Assembly (NCBI GenBank): GCA_964438895.1
Contig: CAYTMJ010000001.1
Coordinates: forward strand, 31,746 to 95,745
Length of the DNA: 64,000 bases
Reading direction: 5' to 3'
Source: an uncultured Syntrophobacterales bacterium
GTDB lineage: Bacteria; Desulfobacterota; Binatia; UBA9968; JAJDTQ01
Below, piece after piece: positions 58,848 through 64,000 of the stretch. A program made the translations under genes and the position numbers. Position 1 is the stretch's first letter, and each line of letters starts with the position of its first letter. The notes beneath the pieces are model-generated. The model was given only the letters and a program-made list of their open reading frames with translations. It did not search any database and had not been told where the DNA came from.

Positions 58848-60965
58848 TCACCTTGCGTGCGTCAAATCCAGATTCCCCTCTAGGTCGACCCGCATCGTCC
58901 AACCCGGCTCCACTACCGTCGTGGAAGTCTTCTCCTCAACGATGACGGGCCCACTCAATTGCATCCCCGGCGCTAGATTCTCTCGACAGTACACGGGTAC
59001 CTCGTGCGGCCCATCGAGCATGACCGCCCTACGCCACTCGGAAACGGGCTGACCCTGGGCGCCCGCAGGCTGCACCAACTCCGGCTTGCCCAACGAGGCG
59101 CAAGCGGATGCTCGCAGATTGACTACCTCGACGACTTCATCGTCCGCCCGATGGCCATAGCGCTGCTCATGGGTTTGGCCGAACCGTTCACAAATCTCGT
59201 CGACGTTAAGCGTCGCGGGATCCTTAGCGATAGGGACCGTCAACTCGTAAGCCTGCTCACGGTAACGCATGTCCAGCAGCCAATCAACACGTATCTGTTC
59301 CAGGGACGGTCCCTGGGATGCGAGTTCGTACCGTACCGTCTCCTCGAGGTCGTGCAAGTCCGCCACCACACCCTTAAGGGAAGCCGGGGTAAGGGTTACC
59401 ACTCGAGTGGCGACCGCGTCCGAACGGAGGTCGGACAGCAACATACCGAATGCACTGAAATTACCCGGACTGACTGGGATCAAAACCCGCCCAATACCCA
59501 GGGATGAAGCAACCGTAGTGGCGAGCGTTGGCCCCATTCCGCCGAAGGGGGCAAGTACAAAGTCCGCAGGATTAAACCCCCGCTCAATGGTGATGGTACG
59601 CATGGAAGAAACAATATTGGCTACCAGCACACGCAGGATCCCTAAGCCCGCTTCGTCCTCCGACATGCCCAGGGGTTCGGCCACCTCCCGCCGGATAGCC
59701 GCGGCCGACAACTCTGAGTCGCTGGGCATCTCGCCCTGGAGCAGCGTCGTGGGATTCAAATGGCGGAGCTGCACCAAAGCGTCGGTCAACGTGGGTGGGC
59801 CGCCCCCGCGCTTGTATCAAGCCGGCCCCGGCGCTGCTCCAGCGCTCTGCGGGCCCACCTGGAGCACCTTGCCATAGCGTACTCGGGCCAGGCTACCACC
59901 TCCTGCTCCTAGGCTCTCCACCTCTACAGAATCGACCCGCACAGGATGGCGACCGATCTGCCATTCGGTACGGAATAGGGGCTTTCCTGGAATCAATGAC
60001 ATGTCACTACTAGTGCCACCGATGTCCAGGGAGATGAGATTAGAGGCCCCAGCACGCACCCCCAGATCGTGGGCCGCTACCACGCCGGCCACCGGGCCGG
60101 ACATCAACGTCTGAACCGGGAACTTAGCCATAGCCCTGGGTGCCCCAATACCGCCATTGGACTTCATCAAAAACGGATGGGCGCGCGGAAAATGCCGCAG
60201 TACGGTCTCCTCCATTCCAGAGAAGTACCGCTCCATGCGCGGGCCGAGATAGGCGTTTAACGCCGTAGTGGCAGTTCGCTCGTACTCGCGCCACACCGGA
60301 TTCACCTCCGACGATAGCGTCACAAACAGATCCGGATAACATGAACGGATGCGCTCCGCGGCCAACCGTTCATGCACTGGGTTCACATAAGCGAAGAGAA
60401 ACGAAATAGCCAAGGCATCAATGTCGTGCTCCATGAGTGCCGCTATAGCTTCGTCGACGGCACCCAGGTCGAGCGGCACCACCGCCTTGCCGGACTTGTC
60501 CACACGCTCAGAGATTTCGGCGACGCGGCGACGGGGTATAAACCGTTTCCCCCCAGGGTAGAAGATGTTGAAGACCTCGTCGCCCTTCCACTGACGCCCG
60601 ATCTCGTAAACATCTCGAAAACCACGGGTCGTGAGAAGGCCCGCACGGCTACCCTTTTCCTCAAGGACGGTGTTCAGTGCGTGAGTGGAGCCGTGTAGGA
60701 GATAGGAGATCGCTTCCGTGCCCCACCGGGCGCGCATGTCGGCCAGTACACCGTCAAGTACCTCCAGAGGCGCCATGGGATTGGATGGCACCTTCCGAAC
60801 TTCCCGGATTAGCCCTGCGTTCTCGTCCAACACCGTGACGTCCGTAAAAGTGCCGCCGACATCAATACCAACTCTTAGGCTTGTCACTACCGATTCCCTA
60901 TCAACAAATCCTGCCACAATACACCGACGGCTGTAACGGCGTTGTTGTTCGGTGATCAACCGCAT
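58848..60965 (-). pseudogene. hyuA: Hydantoinase A / oxoprolinase subunit A (HyuA family) interrupted by an in-frame TGA at 59817-59819 (two ORFs in the same frame)
   Basis: The N-terminal ORF 59817-60965 ends ...SAGAAPGPA-TGA. Continuing in the same frame gives YKRGGGPPTLTDALVQL. The family consensus is PGPACYGRGG..PTVTDA. Confidence 0.6.
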
Positions 60966-61187
60966 CCGAACCCATTACAAATCCTATGAATCGCCCCATT
61001 TCACGCTCCCAGAAAGCTCCCAGAAATCTATCTCGTACATAAGTTCGCGAACAGTTGTATTCAACGTAGTTCAATCTCAGTTTCTTCTTCACAAAAACAA
61101 AAGTTTCCGGAGACTCCGAAGCAATCAGGGCCGCTCGGGAGCGTGGCAGAAACAGCAAGCTAATGCGTGATTTTGCCCATCAGACCC

Positions 61188-62393
61188 TCAACGCGCCGCC
61201 ACCTTGCGATACTTCATCATAAACAACACGAAACCCCCGACCCCCACAATCGTAGTAGCAAGGAACATAGAGGGATAGTCGTTGCCGGAAAAGTGAAGCA
61301 TGACTCCCGCCAATGCCCCACCCAGGCCGATAGCGACGTCATAGAACAGGTGGTACTGAGCCATGCTGAGGCCCCACAGCGCACGTGGTGCTAAGTCAAC
61401 GGCCATAGTCATAAGCGCTGCATGGGCGGAACCATAGCCGAATCCTATTATAGCCGCGGAAACCAACAACATCATCGGCGAGCGAGCCACCACCAGAACC
61501 AGATTGCCCACAAGGGCTATTATGTAGCAGGGTATAATCACGAAAGGACGTCCCTTTCGGTCAGAAAGCGGGCCAAAGATGGGCCTTCCAGCCACCACCG
61601 TCAACGCGAAGACGCCAAACCAGATGCCCGGGTCCCCTCCCATACTCAGGGCATACAGTGACAGAAAGGCAAGGACACTGCCGCGGGAGATCCCTAAAAA
61701 ACACATACTGACCGCGGGCATGAGGGATTCGGGGAGGATGAAGGTCTCAAACCAACGTCGTCGCCGGGCGATGGCCCCACCTCGCGACGGCTCGGGAATG
61801 AACACCGCCGCCAGGAGCCCCAACGCCGATGCCACCGCCGCGGTGAGAAACAGCGCTGGGAAACCCCAACCGCCTACAATCCAAAAAGCAACCGCCGGCC
61901 CCACAGTACCGGCAACGGTGCTTATCGCACCGGAATAGCTGATGAGGGTGCCGCGAAGGTGATCCGGAGAAATATCTGCCACCAGGGTACCCACTGACGT
62001 GGTACATCCCGACCACCCGAAACCGTGGTAGGTTCGTAGTAGTAGCGCCACAAGCACCGATCCAGTCCAAATGTAACCAGTGGCAGCAGTGATAAAGATA
62101 ATCAAACCAACGACCAGAAAGATTTTGCTGCCCAACCGGTCGATGTACGCCCCCACGAGCGGCCGCACCACCGTCGCACCGAAGGGGAAAGAGGCCATGA
62201 CAAGCCCGATCATGAACGAACTCGCCCCCATTCCCTTCAGAAACACAGGGAACACTGGCTCGATCTGAAACATAGCGAAGAAGAGCCCGAAGCGGGCACC
62301 GCAGGTGAGAAGGAAATCTCGAAGCCAACCTTGCGCAGAAGCGGATTGCTGTTCCACGGGGTTATTACCCCCGCTCCGATCCGGCGTCCTCAT
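61188..62393 (-). CDS. MFS transporter (12 TMS)
   Basis: 401 aa with an MFS profile. Overlaps the hyuB 3' end by 29 nt. Confidence 0.8.
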   Translation of the reverse strand: MRTPDRSGGNNPVEQQSASAQGWLRDFLLTCGARFGLFFAMFQIEPVFPVFLKGMGASSFMIGLVMASFPFGATVVRPLVGAYIDRLGSKIFLVVGLIIFITAATGYIWTGSVLVALLLRTYHGFGWSGCTTSVGTLVADISPDHLRGTLISYSGAISTVAGTVGPAVAFWIVGGWGFPALFLTAAVASALGLLAAVFIPEPSRGGAIARRRRWFETFILPESLMPAVSMCFLGISRGSVLAFLSLYALSMGGDPGIWFGVFALTVVAGRPIFGPLSDRKGRPFVIIPCYIIALVGNLVLVVARSPMMLLVSAAIIGFGYGSAHAALMTMAVDLAPRALWGLSMAQYHLFYDVAIGLGGALAGVMLHFSGNDYPSMFLATTIVGVGGFVLFMMKYRKVAAR

Positions 62394-64000
62394 TCAGAAG
62401 CGCCCTTCTGAGTCGGCTAGTCTCGGCCTCATCGATCTCGAGCGGCTGACCCCTTAACGACACACCGTAGACGTCCCTCGCAGTCTCCGCACAAATGTAG
62501 CCGTCTCGAACATCATCTAATACCCTGGAAGGCTCTCTTTCGAGGGGACTTCCACGTCCACCGCCGCCAGCATATTGAATACGGAAAACATCACCCTGTT
62601 CCAGCCGGAGCCGACTAACCTTGGAAGGTAGCATTTGCTCACGCTCCGTTCCGGGGTTGAGGAATGCCGACGATGGCAAGGCGTAGTGCGCGCCATGAAG
62701 CCCCGGAGCGGAATGCTTAAAGCGGTCGCTACGTAAATTGACATAGGCCTCATCCGCCAGCATCTTCCAGTCCCGAACCATTCCCAGACCGCCCCGATAG
62801 CAGCCAGCCCCACCCGACTCCTCTAATAACTCGTAGCGCTCAATGCAGATGGGGAACTCGGTCTCCAGGGGCTCCACCGGTGTATTCATCACGTTGATCA
62901 CCAGCGAGTTCAAAACGGCCGGACCATCGGCGTCGGCACGCGCCCCCCCACCGCCGCAGTTGAGATCATAGAGTGAGAACCATCGCCCTCGGTCGACATC
63001 CTGCCCTGAGATAGAAACCGATCCACCAGCCCCGCTGTCCGGTGCGGGTACCACGTCGGGCAATGCTTCGGCCAACAACATCTGGACAACCGACGTGACC
63101 ATTTGGGCCGGACGGACATACATGTTCACCGGAGCAGGATAGCGCGGGTTCAGGATCGAGCCCTCGGGGGGAAAGTAAACGTGGATGGGCCGTGAGATGC
63201 CCTGGTTCACTGGCAGATCCGGGCACAAAACCGCCACAGCGAGACAGTCAATGAAGCTTCGGATGACACAGGGCCGAAGGTTTATAGGACCGCGAGCCTG
63301 CTCCGAAGACTCCAGGGAAAAATGCAACTCGTCGCCCTCCACCCGCAGGGAAGCGGCGATACGATATCGGCGGTCTAAGTCCAAGCCGTCATCATCGAGA
63401 AAATCCACACAAGGACCGTAGTCCCCGTCTGGGATCTTCTCAATGGCCTTGCGAACTTCCCCTTCGCAGATATCCATCCACTCCTGCCAGCACGCAGTCA
63501 CCCCATCCGAGCCGTACTGTTGCATGAGGTCCGCGAGTTTGCTCAATCCATAGAAGTTGGTCTGGGCCTGGGCTTGAATGTCCCCCCAGGTGATCTCCGG
63601 CGTCCGGGTGTTGGCCATCACAACAGTCTTTAAGTCTTCATTAACCTCACCGCCACGGTAAAGCCGAAGGGCGGGAAGGAGAAGCCCCTCCTGGATTACA
63701 TCGGTGGCATCTGGTGAGTTGGTTCCGGGCACCTTTCCGCCCAGGTCCGGCTTGTGCGCCGTGTTCGCAATAAAAGCCACTCGCTCCCCACGGTCAAACA
63801 CTGGCGAAACCACGGTCACATCAGTCGCGTGGTTCTGGCAAGCAAAGTACGGGTGGTTGAGGATAAAAACGTCACCTTCCACCATGTCATCCTCGAACAC
63901 CCTAATCACTTCGCCTACCTGGGCTGAGATGCCGCCGATGTGGAGCGGTTGCGGCAATCCCTGAGTTACCATGCATCCAGTGCCATCGAAGATTGCAAAC
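62365..64000 (-). CDS. hyuB: Hydantoinase B / oxoprolinase subunit B (HyuB family); 5' end lies outside the window
   Basis: The reading frame is open to the window edge. HyuB blocks are present (GDVFILNHPYF, the catalytic region). Confidence 0.8.
   Translation of the reverse strand, partial: FAIFDGTGCMVTQGLPQPLHIGGISAQVGEVIRVFEDDMVEGDVFILNHPYFACQNHATDVTVVSPVFDRGERVAFIANTAHKPDLGGKVPGTNSPDATDVIQEGLLLPALRLYRGGEVNEDLKTVVMANTRTPEITWGDIQAQAQTNFYGLSKLADLMQQYGSDGVTACWQEWMDICEGEVRKAIEKIPDGDYGPCVDFLDDDGLDLDRRYRIAASLRVEGDELHFSLESSEQARGPINLRPCVIRSFIDCLAVAVLCPDLPVNQGISRPIHVYFPPEGSILNPRYPAPVNMYVRPAQMVTSVVQMLLAEALPDVVPAPDSGAGGSVSISGQDVDRGRWFSLYDLNCGGGGARADADGPAVLNSLVINVMNTPVEPLETEFPICIERYELLEESGGAGCYRGGLGMVRDWKMLADEAYVNLRSDRFKHSAPGLHGAHYALPSSAFLNPGTEREQMLPSKVSRLRLEQGDVFRIQYAGGGGRGSPLEREPSRVLDDVRDGYICAETARDVYGVSLRGQPLEIDEAETSRLRRALLNEDAGSERG

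Noticed and set aside
59770-59816. SECIS element downstream of the in-frame TGA in hyuA
   Set aside because: Folding by eye gives only a 5-bp GGCGG/CCGCC pairing around a loop of about 33 nt. No apical GGUC-type loop appears at the expected spacing of about 11 nt. This is not convincing, so recoding remains unproven.
1-64000. CRISPR arrays, transposases, prophage or defence islands
   Set aside because: I saw no direct-repeat arrays, no transposase or integrase ORFs, and no nuclease or helicase-rich hypothetical clusters. The gene content is metabolic and housekeeping throughout.

Overview
This is a 64 kb chromosomal stretch from a high-GC bacterium, probably a diderm given the HflKC, LpxL-family acyltransferase, AmpG and TctC genes. 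It is densely coding and overwhelmingly metabolic. I found no transposases, integrases, CRISPR arrays, defence genes or rRNA. There is one tRNA, tRNA-Ser(UGA) at 13316-13408 on the minus strand.

Gene content by region:
- 686-5437 (minus): a LysW amino-group-carrier operon in the order lysW, lysX, lysY/argC, a YafJ/EgtC-type class-II Ntn amidotransferase, lysZ/argB, lysJ/argD. No M20-family LysK releasing enzyme is present.
- 5597-9598 (minus, co-directional): omega-aminotransferase, amidohydrolase-2 and aldehyde dehydrogenase.
- 9725-15032: housekeeping genes (rnhA, a YchF-like GTPase, AmpG, tRNA-Ser, a CYTH protein, asparaginase).
- 15323-20379: a UbiD decarboxylase, then a MOP-type fused 2Fe-2S/molybdopterin aldehyde oxidoreductase, then a 254-aa four-cysteine hypothetical.
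- 20402-24935: a peptide-type ABC importer (substrate-binding protein and two permeases, no ATPase) with an embedded ornithine-cyclodeaminase/mu-crystallin gene.
- 25178-36249: a catabolic island with an AprBA-like ferredoxin/FAD-flavoprotein pair, two luciferase-like flavin oxidoreductases, an orphan CoxL-like molybdopterin subunit, a cupin, a CN-hydrolase, a DUF2848-like protein, a second amidohydrolase-2 and a carboxyltransferase-domain protein.
- 36395-38802: an EmrAB-like efflux pair.
- 38885-51272: a DCC thiol oxidoreductase and core genes serS, rnhB, gatC, gatA (then a thiolase-like gene on the opposite strand), gatB, argJ, and a secA with an enlarged variable domain (1159 aa).
- 51620-64000: CoxG, TctC, LpxL-like acyltransferase, hflK, hflC, a bicupin dioxygenase-like protein, an epimerase, hyuA, an MFS transporter, and hyuB (5' end runs off the window).

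hyuA is interrupted by an in-frame TGA at 59817-59819, exactly where the family has a conserved cysteine codon.

The most interesting candidates are the Ntn amidotransferase inside the LysW operon and the TGA-for-Cys site in hyuA. After those come the UbiD / MOP-like / four-Cys-protein module and the orphan molybdopterin subunit with its non-canonical redox neighbours.
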